Source: a virus (lineage: Duplodnaviria; Caudoviricetes). Taken from it: a DNA stretch of 34,514 bases. The stretch's first letter is position 1, and each line of letters starts with the position of its first letter. A model generated the notes under the pieces. The model was not told where the DNA came from and made no database searches. It worked only from the letters and a program-made list of their open reading frames with translations. The stretch is from IMG/VR virus record IMGVR_UViG_3300032227_001003, positions 1 to 34,514 of that record; one strand, given 5' to 3'. A program made the position numbers and the translations under genes. Of the stretch, positions 26,376 through 34,195 are shown in pieces.

Positions 26376-26803
26376 ACGAGGCAAAACGAGACAGAATTCT
26401 GGCAGGCATTTTGAAACGACCGAATGCGGCAAATTACGACATCTCGAAAAACCTCTCTGCGGTGACATCTGCCGAGGTTGCCGAGGTCAGGGCGTCGATG
26501 GCAGGCGAGGTGATGAAAGGGCCGCAGGACGGCAGGGAGAGCGAACTAGAGGCCATCCAGCTAAATCAAAAGCGAGTCATGCCGCAGAAACCTCAAGGCT
26601 CGGACTGCCGAAGACGACTCCATGAGATCAAGAGGGGCGTCTGCTACCGAGTCGCTGACTTCGCCCAACATTTGGGAGTCTCTGAGGATACAATCAGGCG
26701 TCACGCGAAAGCCCTGCACTGTATCAAGTGGGTGGAGATGTCGCCGGACAACTTTGAGGAATGCGTCATGTCACCGGAGACGGCCAAACAATACCTACGT
26801 TAA
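26372..26803 (+). CDS. Putative DNA-binding protein (HTH)
   Basis: YRVADFAQHLGVSEDTIRRH helix-turn-helix. Confidence 0.65.
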   Translation: MDEAKRDRILAGILKRPNAANYDISKNLSAVTSAEVAEVRASMAGEVMKGPQDGRESELEAIQLNQKRVMPQKPQGSDCRRRLHEIKRGVCYRVADFAQHLGVSEDTIRRHAKALHCIKWVEMSPDNFEECVMSPETAKQYLR

Positions 26804-26806
26804 ACC

Positions 26807-27802
26807 ATGAGCGACGAAATCAATCTTTCCGACCGCCTCGTTTCTGATTCCGACGCAATGAACCGCGTCGTTAAGGCGCAGGCCGAACTTGCCAAAGCCC
26901 GAGCTGAGGCTTCCGCATTGCGAAAGGATCGAGACGATGCGCTGGACGAATACAATGCGCTCCGAGCGGCGAAATTCCCGATCAAGAGCGAATACAAACC
27001 GAGGCCGAGGGTCAAGACTGAAACCGTTCGACTCATCGCCAACGATGTCCACGGATCCATGATGGACCGCCCTGCCGTCGAGGCGTTCTTGGGCGATGTG
27101 CGCCGACTCTCGCCGGATGAGATCATCTTGAACGGCGACATCGTGGAATGTGGCGGCTTCCTTGCCAAGCACCACGCGGCCAACTACATCGCCCAGACGA
27201 CCTACAGCTATCAAGACGACATCGCCCATGGCAACTGGTTCTTGGACCAGCTCCAAGAGGCCGCGCCCTCTGCGCAAATCCACTACATTGAAGGCAACCA
27301 TGAGGACCGAGTCGAGCGGTGGGTGATTGACGAGACGATGTCGAACTCGCGAGATGCCGAATTCCTGCGGCGGCTCAACGCCCCTGAGTTTCTGCTCAAG
27401 CTCAAGGAAAGGGGCATCGTCTACTACAGGCGCTCCGAGACGCACGTCCCCGGCCTGCCCCCTGGCTGGATCAAGATGGGGAAAATCTTTTTCGTGCATG
27501 AATTGAGCGGATCCAAGAACGCCGCGAGCGATTCCGTCTCCAGGACTGCGGGAAATGTGGTCTTCGCCCATACCCACCGAGAAGATTCGGCCACGCGAGT
27601 CCTTCCCGGCGTCGGCCTTGTCAAAGCTTGGAATCCCGGCTGCCTTTGCCAACGTCAACCGCTATGGCGGCACTCTGATCCCACGGGCTGGTCGCATGGA
27701 TACGGCTACCAAGTCATAGCGAAATCAGGCGAGTTCATCCACGTGAACGTCCCGATCTGGGAGGGTAGATCCCTCCTCGGCAACATGCTGGAAGGCCGAT
27801 GA
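26807..27802 (+). CDS. Calcineurin-like metallophosphoesterase with N-terminal coiled coil
   Basis: NDVHG, LNGDIVE, EGNHE, VHE, AHTHR, NPGCLC motifs. Confidence 0.85.
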   Translation: MSDEINLSDRLVSDSDAMNRVVKAQAELAKARAEASALRKDRDDALDEYNALRAAKFPIKSEYKPRPRVKTETVRLIANDVHGSMMDRPAVEAFLGDVRRLSPDEIILNGDIVECGGFLAKHHAANYIAQTTYSYQDDIAHGNWFLDQLQEAAPSAQIHYIEGNHEDRVERWVIDETMSNSRDAEFLRRLNAPEFLLKLKERGIVYYRRSETHVPGLPPGWIKMGKIFFVHELSGSKNAASDSVSRTAGNVVFAHTHREDSATRVLPGVGLVKAWNPGCLCQRQPLWRHSDPTGWSHGYGYQVIAKSGEFIHVNVPIWEGRSLLGNMLEGR

Positions 27803-28122
27803 GCGCGTTTGAGGGACATTTCCGCAGAGCGCAGGATGCCCTTGGACTCGCTCATTATGACGTTCGCTTTTCGGTTGAGCCTGGTGCGGGAAACTACGCA
27901 AGCATTGAACCAGATCCCGCATCCTGCACTGCGACCTGTCGAGTCGATCTGGAGTTGTGCGAGCGAGAAGAGCAAACGGCGCAGGTAGCAGTCCATGAAG
28001 TTCTGCACCTTTTGCTAGCGGAGCTGCGTCACGCTGCGTCCATGTCAGACGAGGCTGCTGATTGGGTGGAAGAGCAGATCGTCAGGAAAATCGAAGCCGT
28101 GGTTTTTCGAGGGCTGGCATGA
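27799..28122 (+). CDS. Small zincin-like (HEXXH) protein
   Basis: VHEVLHLLL followed by EEQIV. Confidence 0.65.
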   Translation: MSAFEGHFRRAQDALGLAHYDVRFSVEPGAGNYASIEPDPASCTATCRVDLELCEREEQTAQVAVHEVLHLLLAELRHAASMSDEAADWVEEQIVRKIEAVVFRGLA

Positions 28123-28388
28123 TCTGCCTTTGTTGCCCTCCCATCAATTTCGTCTGCGAGCTGCACCGCTCAGGCAAATCGCCTAATTCGGTCGCGATTG
28201 GCAGCAGATTAGGCGTTGATTGCCCGTGGGATCCCGACGACCTGCCGGATCGTCTACGCGGATTCGGTCACCGGATGGCCGATCAAGACGGCGGAAGCGG
28301 AGAAGAGTGGATCTGGCCGCAGGAGGATCTCGAGGCGCAAATGATCGAGGCCGTTAAGGTCATCTTTGAAGCGGCAGAATTGCCGTGA
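28119..28388 (+). CDS. Hypothetical protein, Cys-rich N-terminus
   Basis: ATGA-coupled; MICLCCPPINFVCELH. Confidence 0.5.
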   Translation: MICLCCPPINFVCELHRSGKSPNSVAIGSRLGVDCPWDPDDLPDRLRGFGHRMADQDGGSGEEWIWPQEDLEAQMIEAVKVIFEAAELP

Positions 28389-29523
28389 ACCGCTTCGCCT
28401 CGTCGCGGCTGACCAACTTGGCCACATAGGACCGATAGAGCTGGCTGGCATTGGCGTGGCGCGACCACGTTGCCACCTTTGCCGCATCACCGTAAAGGCT
28501 CATCATCGCCGTGCAAAACGTGTGTCGCATGGCATTCTTGGGCCATTCTGGGATTCCGATCTTTGGAAACTCCTCGCCTCGCCAATTCTCGACCGTATCG
28601 TTTCCAGGCACCGAGATCTTGCCATCGCCCTGATACTTTGTAAGCCACGCCCAAAGGTTCTCAGGCAGGTCATGCAGCGCCCAATCGTCTCCGGTCTTGA
28701 CGACTCGCTCACCGCCCTCTGTCCAACCAGGTAGCGTGATGACTCGCGCATCCAGGTCGATCCATCCCCACTGCATCCGACCGACTTCAGCCCTTCTGAT
28801 TCCCGCGAATAACTGGAGCGCGTGCCATGGAGCGTATTTCGGAGCGTTGCAATCGATCCATGCCATCATCGCCGCGCATTGATCGACGGACAGGACGCCC
28901 TTGGGCTTCGGCTTGAGGCGCGGAAGATCGCCTTCGTGGATGGACAGGGTTGGCGCTTTTGCCACCAGCCCTCGACGCTCGCACCAGTTAAAGAAGTTGC
29001 AGAGGCTGCCGTGATAGTTGGCGACCGTTCTCGCATCGAGCGGCAGGCTAGCCAGCCAATCGAGGACGGCGTTGCCCGTAATGCTCCTAATCTGGCGCTC
29101 ACGTGCCGACTCAGCGAAAAGCCCGACATGGTGACGCAGACCGGACAAGTGCCGCTTTGACAGACCTCTAACCTCTTGGGCCGCTATGAACTCATCGAAG
29201 GCCTCTTCCACCGTAACGGCAGCGGATCCGAGCGGATGGTGCTCAAGGTAGAATCGGGCGGCATCTCTAAGGTCCACCCCGGGAATGATGCGTCGGGCCT
29301 CCGCAAGCTCACGCGAATCTTCAGGGCGAAGAGGGGCCGAGTCAGTCCCGTGGCGCTTGACTTGGCGCACATGTTCCGCCCATGCTTTTTCCGCTTGGGC
29401 TTGGGTCTGGTGGAGGGACCGAAGCCGCTTTCCCTGCGAGTGAATGGTAAGCTCCCATTTCTCCCGATCACTCCTGTAATTGATGGGAATAGTCCCGCTT
29501 CGGGTCGTTGGTATTTTGCCCAT
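28360..29523 (-). CDS. int: Tyrosine integrase
   Basis: FAGIRRAEV (R), VVKTG (K), NAMRHTF, SRHAN, YRSY; core-binding domain ARTVANYHGSLCNFFNW. Confidence 0.93.
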   Translation of the reverse strand: MGKIPTTRSGTIPINYRSDREKWELTIHSQGKRLRSLHQTQAQAEKAWAEHVRQVKRHGTDSAPLRPEDSRELAEARRIIPGVDLRDAARFYLEHHPLGSAAVTVEEAFDEFIAAQEVRGLSKRHLSGLRHHVGLFAESARERQIRSITGNAVLDWLASLPLDARTVANYHGSLCNFFNWCERRGLVAKAPTLSIHEGDLPRLKPKPKGVLSVDQCAAMMAWIDCNAPKYAPWHALQLFAGIRRAEVGRMQWGWIDLDARVITLPGWTEGGERVVKTGDDWALHDLPENLWAWLTKYQGDGKISVPGNDTVENWRGEEFPKIGIPEWPKNAMRHTFCTAMMSLYGDAAKVATWSRHANASQLYRSYVAKLVSRDEAKRFTAILPLQR

Positions 29524-29527
29524 TTTT

Positions 29528-29709
29528 GGTGGCAGTTGGTGGTGGTTTACGTCTCAAAAGGCATTATTTTGCCATATTTTGATAACTCTGTAAACCCTGC
29601 AACCCTTATAGAATAAGGGATTGTTAAATGGAGGTGAGGGGAGTTGAACCTTCAACCACCCTTATATAATGGGCCTTGCAGGGGGGGCGGTGGCGGTTCG
29701 GTGGCGGGT
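29528..29709. mobile_element. attP region with paired arm-type sites and symmetric accessory sites
   Basis: GGTGGYRGKT at 29528, 29538, 29689 and 29700; CCCTGCAA (29595) / TTGCAGGG (29676) and CCCTTATA on both sides of the core. Confidence 0.7.
29629..29650 (-). other. attP core: 3' fragment of tmRNA (ssrA) or tRNA-Ala
   Basis: Minus strand GGTTCAACTCCCCTCACCTCCA = T-loop, 3' T-stem and acceptor strand with U70 and discriminator A73. Confidence 0.8.
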
Positions 29710-29735
29710 GGACGCAGGAGAGGGGCGTATTTCGC

Positions 29736-29749
29736 TGTTCCTTTGATCA
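29736..29749. promoter_or_regulatory. Second LexA-like box (one mismatch)
   Basis: TGTTC-CTTT-GATCA. Confidence 0.45.
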
Positions 29750-29841
29750 CTTTTTAAGGTTTCGAGATTATCGCCAAGGAAGCCCCGAACTGGGTGGGAC
29801 AAAAGCGGGGTGACGGGGCGTTTTTCGCTCATCAAAATTTT

Positions 29842-29869
29842 TTGACACTGTTCGCGGGAACAGTAAAAT
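29842..29869 (+). promoter_or_regulatory. Sigma70-type promoter with a perfect LexA (SOS) box in its spacer, antisense to the repressor
   Basis: TTGACA-N16-TAAAAT; TGTTC-GCGG-GAACA at 29849-29862 within the palindrome ACTGTTC...GAACAGT. Confidence 0.8.
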
Positions 29870-29877
29870 GCGGCCTT

Positions 29878-29946
29878 ATGAACGCACTCAACCCGCTCAG
29901 GTTTCACTGTTCGTTGACTTGGACCGTTGGACATCTTTTCGGATGA
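29878..29946 (+). CDS. Possible leaderless 22-aa peptide downstream of the LexA-boxed promoter
   Basis: ATG 8 nt after the -10; MNALNPLRFHCSLTWTVGHLFG; overlaps the repressor 3' end antisense. Confidence 0.3.
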   Translation: MNALNPLRFHCSLTWTVGHLFG

Positions 29947-30211
29947 GATCGGCAAGCCACTGGTCAAGGGACACGCCCAATGACTTTGCTTTCTGTTGAG
30001 CCGCCAAAAGCTCAGAAACGGAAAGCCTCGGGTTTAGCTCTGGCGGCCCAGTTCGCAGTCTTTCAATGAGGCGCAGCGCAGGCCCTGGTATCGGGCGATT
30101 TGCGGAAAGCCATCCGTTGACGGTCGAGAGCGAAACGCCGCACTGGTGGGCGAGCCACTCCCGCGTCTCACCCGTGCCTAAAAGCCATTCTTTAACCTCT
30201 TCGTTTTCCAT
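29897..30211 (-). CDS. Immunity repressor: XRE-type HTH plus C-terminal ribbon-helix-helix-like domain, no S24 peptidase
   Basis: REWLAHQCGVSLSTVNGWLS HTH; LNPRLSVSELLAAQQKAKSLGVSLDQWLADLI; between attP and the divergent early operon. Confidence 0.75.
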   Translation of the reverse strand: MENEEVKEWLLGTGETREWLAHQCGVSLSTVNGWLSANRPIPGPALRLIERLRTGPPELNPRLSVSELLAAQQKAKSLGVSLDQWLADLIRKDVQRSKSTNSET

Positions 30212-30304
30212 GATGGCAGAATCATAAATCTTTTTTACCAAATTGCAAACTTTCCTCTTGATTTCGGATTACCAGTTTGCATATTTTACCTTAGCAGTTA
30301 GCAC
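30212..30304. promoter_or_regulatory. Divergent lysis/lysogeny switch with operator-like direct repeats
   Basis: TTACCAAATTGCAAA (30235) and TTACCAGTTTGCATA (30269); minus TTGCAA-N16-TATGAT; plus TTGATT...CATATT. Confidence 0.6.
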
Positions 30305-30478
30305 ATGATTACAACAATAACCTTTGAAATCGTTCCAGACGCCTCACTCACACAGGGCATTCTGGAGGCCTTCGCCAAGAAAGCGGCGGATCACGGACAA
30401 ACCCCGGAAGGACGTCTCCAAGACCTCATTCGGCAGGATCTGGGGACAGACGGAAGCGCGGAGGAGGGGGCAGCATGA
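30305..30478 (+). CDS. Small ribbon-helix-helix-like regulator in the cro position (57 aa, absent from the ORF track)
   Basis: MITTITFEIVPDASLTQGILEAFAKKAADHGQTPEGRLQDLIRQDL...; ATGA-coupled to the antirepressor. Confidence 0.65.
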   Translation: MITTITFEIVPDASLTQGILEAFAKKAADHGQTPEGRLQDLIRQDLGTDGSAEEGAA

Positions 30479-31191
30479 GTCTTTCCCTTGCCATTAAAGA
30501 CGGACCGCGAGGCGTTGACCTTCGCGAGCTTCACGCAGAGCTTGACTCTGGACGGGATTTCTCGACATGGGCGCGGGCAAATCTGGCCGAATTCATCGAG
30601 GGGCACGATTTCGAGGTTTCCCCCACAGTGGGGGAAAACCCTGCCGGGGGTCGCCCTCGCATTGACTACGCCGTTTCCATCGAGTGCGCCAAGCACATCG
30701 CGATGATGGAGCGGACCGAGAAGGGGCGGCAGGTCCGTCAATACTTCATCGAGATTGAGAAGACGGCGCAACTCCCGGCCATCCCGACTCACTCCGAAGC
30801 CCTGCGCCTCGCCGCCGACGCAATCGACAAGGCCAATGCACTTGCCCTTGAAATCGCGGATCTGAAGCCGAAGGCCGAGTTTTACGACGCTGTCACCGCC
30901 TCCGACGAAGTCATCCAGCTCGCGGTCGCATGCCAGGTGCTGGAAATGCCCTTCGGTCGCAATACGCTCTTTCAGCGCCTCCGCAATCGAGGAGTCTTGA
31001 TTACCGCCGGTGGCCGACACAATCTCCCAAAGCAGCGTTTCATCGAGCAGGGGCTTTTTACGGTCAAGCAGTCTCACTACGTGGACTCTGACAAGCAGGT
31101 CCAGCCCTGCTACACGCCCTACGTCACGCAGAAGGGGCTTGATTGGCTTCGCAAGGAGTTTGCGCCTCAAGCGAAAGGAGTCACGGCATGA
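30475..31191 (+). CDS. ant: Phage antirepressor (AntA/AntB N-terminal + KilAC C-terminal)
   Basis: VDLRELHAEL...DFSTW...AKHIAMMERTEKGRQVRQYFI; KPKAEFYD...GRNTLFQRLR...PKQRFIEQGLF...VTQKGLDWL. Confidence 0.9.
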   Translation: MSLSLAIKDGPRGVDLRELHAELDSGRDFSTWARANLAEFIEGHDFEVSPTVGENPAGGRPRIDYAVSIECAKHIAMMERTEKGRQVRQYFIEIEKTAQLPAIPTHSEALRLAADAIDKANALALEIADLKPKAEFYDAVTASDEVIQLAVACQVLEMPFGRNTLFQRLRNRGVLITAGGRHNLPKQRFIEQGLFTVKQSHYVDSDKQVQPCYTPYVTQKGLDWLRKEFAPQAKGVTA

Positions 31192-31418
31192 AAGACCTTT
31201 CCGCGCAACTCGACCGCATCGAGGCCGCGCTTGCCTCACTTGGCGGCATCCAATCGCCATGGCTCAGAGGCGACAAGGCCGGGGCCGAATACGCAGGATT
31301 TAAGTCACCGCGCGGATTTCTCCGCTGGGCCTCACTGAAAGGCATTCGTCCTGACAAGAGCGACGGCATCAACTTTTGGAGCAGAAGAGACATAGATAAA
31401 GCAAGAGAGAAACGATGA
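31188..31418 (+). CDS. Excisionase-like HTH DNA-binding protein
   Basis: SPWL...GAEYAGFKSPRGFLRW...FWSRRDID. Confidence 0.6.
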   Translation: MKDLSAQLDRIEAALASLGGIQSPWLRGDKAGAEYAGFKSPRGFLRWASLKGIRPDKSDGINFWSRRDIDKAREKR

Positions 31419-31684
31419 ACATATTGAACAACAGAAAAGCGGACAACCTCCGCGCACGCATGGCGGAGTTTTTTGACTTCACCAGCGGCGATAGTGTCCA
31501 AGACATTATAAACAGGGCTTTCGAGGCTGGCGTTGCAGCCAAAAGCGATGCCGATTTTTTCGCTATGCAGGACGCCTTCGACCGCGCTCGCGCTCGCTAC
31601 GAGGCCCAGCGCCGCACTCAACCCGTGGCGTTCCTCGACCTTCAGCCTGGAACTCTTATCAGAATTGCCGCGAATGAACTTTGA
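31415..31684 (+). CDS. Hypothetical protein
   Basis: ATGA-coupled early gene. Confidence 0.6.
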   Translation: MNILNNRKADNLRARMAEFFDFTSGDSVQDIINRAFEAGVAAKSDADFFAMQDAFDRARARYEAQRRTQPVAFLDLQPGTLIRIAANEL

Positions 31685-31775
31685 TATCACCGACTTCATC
31701 GTAAAGCTGCTGACAACGCTTGCCGTGTTCGCAGTGTGGAACGTGCCGGCCCTTTTCGATCTGATCTGGCCATGA
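31674..31775 (+). CDS. Small hydrophobic peptide
   Basis: MNFDITDFIVKLLTTLAVFAVWNVPALFDLIWP; fills the gap and is coupled to the next gene. Confidence 0.45.
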   Translation: MNFDITDFIVKLLTTLAVFAVWNVPALFDLIWP

Positions 31776-31972
31776 TTCCGCATTCCGTATCAGGCATCGT
31801 CTCGCGCTACCTCCTCGACGGTCCCGAGGCCGAGAGGAGCGTCACGCTTGAGATTGAGCGATCCGAGATTGTCGCAGTGATCGACAACGAAACAGGGGAG
31901 GAACTCAATCCATCCGTTGTTGAGCGCCGCGACTACGACCTTGCCATTGACTACCTCATTACCCGAATTTGA
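31772..31972 (+). CDS. Hypothetical protein
   Basis: ATGA-coupled; 66 aa. Confidence 0.55.
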   Translation: MIPHSVSGIVSRYLLDGPEAERSVTLEIERSEIVAVIDNETGEELNPSVVERRDYDLAIDYLITRI

Positions 31973-31973
31973 T

Positions 31974-32216
31974 ATGACCATTGAGCAAATATTGATGCGC
32001 CACCAGCGCGAAACGGACACGTTGATTGCCGAAATCCGAGCATTCCGACTTCGTAAACGCGAATCGTGCGACCACCTGATATACGACGGCCTCGCGGTCC
32101 AGGTGCGGATGTTGAAAAACCTAGGCATTCGACTCGCCGCCGTCGATGCCATCGAGGAAGAGCTTTACGGGCTGGCTCTGGATGTTTTCCCAGACAATGG
32201 GCAGGGGCGCGACTGA
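31974..32216 (+). CDS. Hypothetical protein
   Basis: ATG directly after the upstream stop; 80 aa. Confidence 0.55.
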   Translation: MTIEQILMRHQRETDTLIAEIRAFRLRKRESCDHLIYDGLAVQVRMLKNLGIRLAAVDAIEEELYGLALDVFPDNGQGRD

Positions 32217-32233
32217 TACGCGCATTCAACCAC

Positions 32234-32563
32234 ATGAAAGTAAGCGAATTATTTAGCGGCTACCTAGAGGCCGAAGACCTACCAGACGACCGTGATGTAA
32301 CGGTCACAATCGAGAGCGTCCGCGCTCCCGGTAAAGACGACAAGGGCAAAGACGGGCGAGTCATGGACAAGCCCATCGTCAAGCTTGCGAAGGTTAAAAA
32401 GGAGTGGGTTTTGAACAAAACCAACGCTCGCACGATCCGCCGGATGCACGGCAACGAGACGGAGGCCTGGCACGGTAAGGAGGTCACGATCTACCGCACG
32501 ACCTGCGCCGCCTTCGGAGACGCGAACACCCCATGCATCCGCGTCCGCGGCAACAAGCTCTAA
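32234..32563 (+). CDS. Conserved phage protein next to exonuclease (candidate ssDNA-binding/annealing)
   Basis: YLEAEDL...VTVTIESV...LNKTNARTI...G.ETEAWHGKEVTIY...CIRVR. Confidence 0.65.
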   Translation: MKVSELFSGYLEAEDLPDDRDVTVTIESVRAPGKDDKGKDGRVMDKPIVKLAKVKKEWVLNKTNARTIRRMHGNETEAWHGKEVTIYRTTCAAFGDANTPCIRVRGNKL

Positions 32564-32565
32564 GC

Positions 32566-33453
32566 ATGACCGCACTTGAAGTATCTCCGCGTGACTATCA
32601 CGCCAAACTGACGTTGGATCGGTCCAACGTGTTCAGCCCCGATTCGTGGCTTTCCAAGTCGCGGCTTTCTGAGCTTCGCAACTGTTCGCTCTGGAAATGG
32701 CGATTCGCCCCGCGGGAGTTCGCGCCGACCTCCGCGATGACATGGGGTTCGTTGATCGACTGCCACCTCACGACGCCGGAACTGGTCGCTGAGACGGTCA
32801 TCTACAACCCGTATCCAGACTTCAGGACCAAGGCCGCGCAGGAACTCCGCGACACTGCGACCGCTCAAGGCAAGATCATTGTCAGCGCGGAAATGGCCGC
32901 GAGCGTGCAGGTAGCTGTTGATCGAGTCAAAGCCGATCCGATTGCCGGAGCTGTTTTTGGGTGCAGTCAGACGCAGGTAGTCCTGTTGAATAAGATTCGC
33001 GGAATCAACTTCAAGGCGCTTGTAGACCTTGCGCCAGACAATGAGCCGTGCCTTTACGACTTCAAGACAACCAGCGACTTTTCTCCTCGCGGCATCTCTA
33101 AAGCAATCGACTCATTTCAGTATCATGTTCAAGCGGCGCTCTACCTCAAGCTCTGGAACCTCTGCCATCCCAACGACCAGAGGAGCCGCTTCCGATTCAT
33201 CTGGCAGGATTCCTCCGCGCCCTACGAGGTTGCAGTGACGGAGCTTCCGGCCTTTGACATTGCGGCTGGTGACGAGTGGGCAGCAAACCAGATTGACCGG
33301 ATCATCGCGGCTGCGAAAAGCGGAGTTTGGCCAGGTATCACCAGCGGCAAGGTTGCCATGATCGGTCGCCCTGGTTACGCCGCCTATCAGGACGAGGAGG
33401 AGCTAGATGGCTTCGTTGACGCGCCGGAAATGCAAACCAACGCAACCCAATGA
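32566..33453 (+). CDS. PD-(D/E)XK exonuclease, RecE/ExoVIII-like (DUF3799-type)
   Basis: LSKSRL, TSAMTWGSLID, FKALVDL, YDFKTT, YHVQAALY, FRFIWQD. Confidence 0.85.
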   Translation: MTALEVSPRDYHAKLTLDRSNVFSPDSWLSKSRLSELRNCSLWKWRFAPREFAPTSAMTWGSLIDCHLTTPELVAETVIYNPYPDFRTKAAQELRDTATAQGKIIVSAEMAASVQVAVDRVKADPIAGAVFGCSQTQVVLLNKIRGINFKALVDLAPDNEPCLYDFKTTSDFSPRGISKAIDSFQYHVQAALYLKLWNLCHPNDQRSRFRFIWQDSSAPYEVAVTELPAFDIAAGDEWAANQIDRIIAAAKSGVWPGITSGKVAMIGRPGYAAYQDEEELDGFVDAPEMQTNATQ

Positions 33454-33881
33454 AAGACGTTTCCATCTACCACCTTGAGCATTTGGGCGGCACGCGAACC
33501 ATCCGTTTCAATCTCGCAGCGATTCGCCGCCTTCTTCCTGAGTATCAGATCGACAATTTTAATCTGACCTCTCAGCAACGAAACAAGATGCAGCGCCGAG
33601 TTGACCTCTACGTCGGCCTTGGGGGTAAATGCGATTTCCAGACGGGAATTGATGCTTCCGAGGAGCGTGTCATTCCGGCCCGAATCATCCCGGCCAAAGA
33701 CGCCAAAATGGTTCGCGGGAAAATGGTTCCGGCATCTAAGCGCGAGGTCATTCCTGCACGCATCGAGCCGGCTAAACCCGAGATCCTGCCGAGTATTGAT
33801 CACCTGCCTAATAATCACATCCTCGACAAGGCGCTTCGTTTGGACTTTGCAGCCAAATTCAAAACGCTCGCCTCACGATGA
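33450..33881 (+). CDS. Hypothetical protein with IPA/VPA repeats
   Basis: ATGA-coupled on both sides. Confidence 0.6.
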   Translation: MKDVSIYHLEHLGGTRTIRFNLAAIRRLLPEYQIDNFNLTSQQRNKMQRRVDLYVGLGGKCDFQTGIDASEERVIPARIIPAKDAKMVRGKMVPASKREVIPARIEPAKPEILPSIDHLPNNHILDKALRLDFAAKFKTLASR

Positions 33882-34195
33882 AACAATCCCCCACCGCTCG
33901 CAGTCTGGCTCATCTGCGCAAAACATGCCAGCTGGTCCAGGTAGTCGAGAAGTGGAATCCTCACGCTAGAATCAGGCAGGATCTGTTCGGGATCATTGAC
34001 ATTCTCGCGATCCGCGACGGTGAGACCGTTGCAGTGCAATCAACTAGCTGGTCAAACACAAAAAGCCGCATCAACAAGATCAACGAATCGGATGCGCTAG
34101 AACATTTACGAGCCGCCGGATGGATCTTGCTGGTCCACGGGTGGCGGAAGAACAAAAACGGAAAATACGAACTTAAAGAAATCGACATATCATGA
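33878..34195 (+). CDS. Small PD-(D/E)XK nuclease, putative Holliday junction resolvase
   Basis: RQDLFGIIDILAI...VAVQST...LVHGW. Confidence 0.7.
   Translation: MKQSPTARSLAHLRKTCQLVQVVEKWNPHARIRQDLFGIIDILAIRDGETVAVQSTSWSNTKSRINKINESDALEHLRAAGWILLVHGWRKNKNGKYELKEIDIS

Noticed and set aside
26795-27658. Long antisense ORFs (also 30391-31260, 8229-8993, 3418-4092, 14947-15591)
   Set aside because: They lie opposite genes with clear motifs and are expected from GC-rich codon bias.
29629-29650. Complete tRNA gene
   Set aside because: Only the T-loop and 3' acceptor strand are present; the 5' half is missing, so it is an att core.
29782-29826. GCCCCG...CGGGGC followed by a T-run as an intrinsic terminator
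   Set aside because: The loop of about 26 nt is too long for a confident call.
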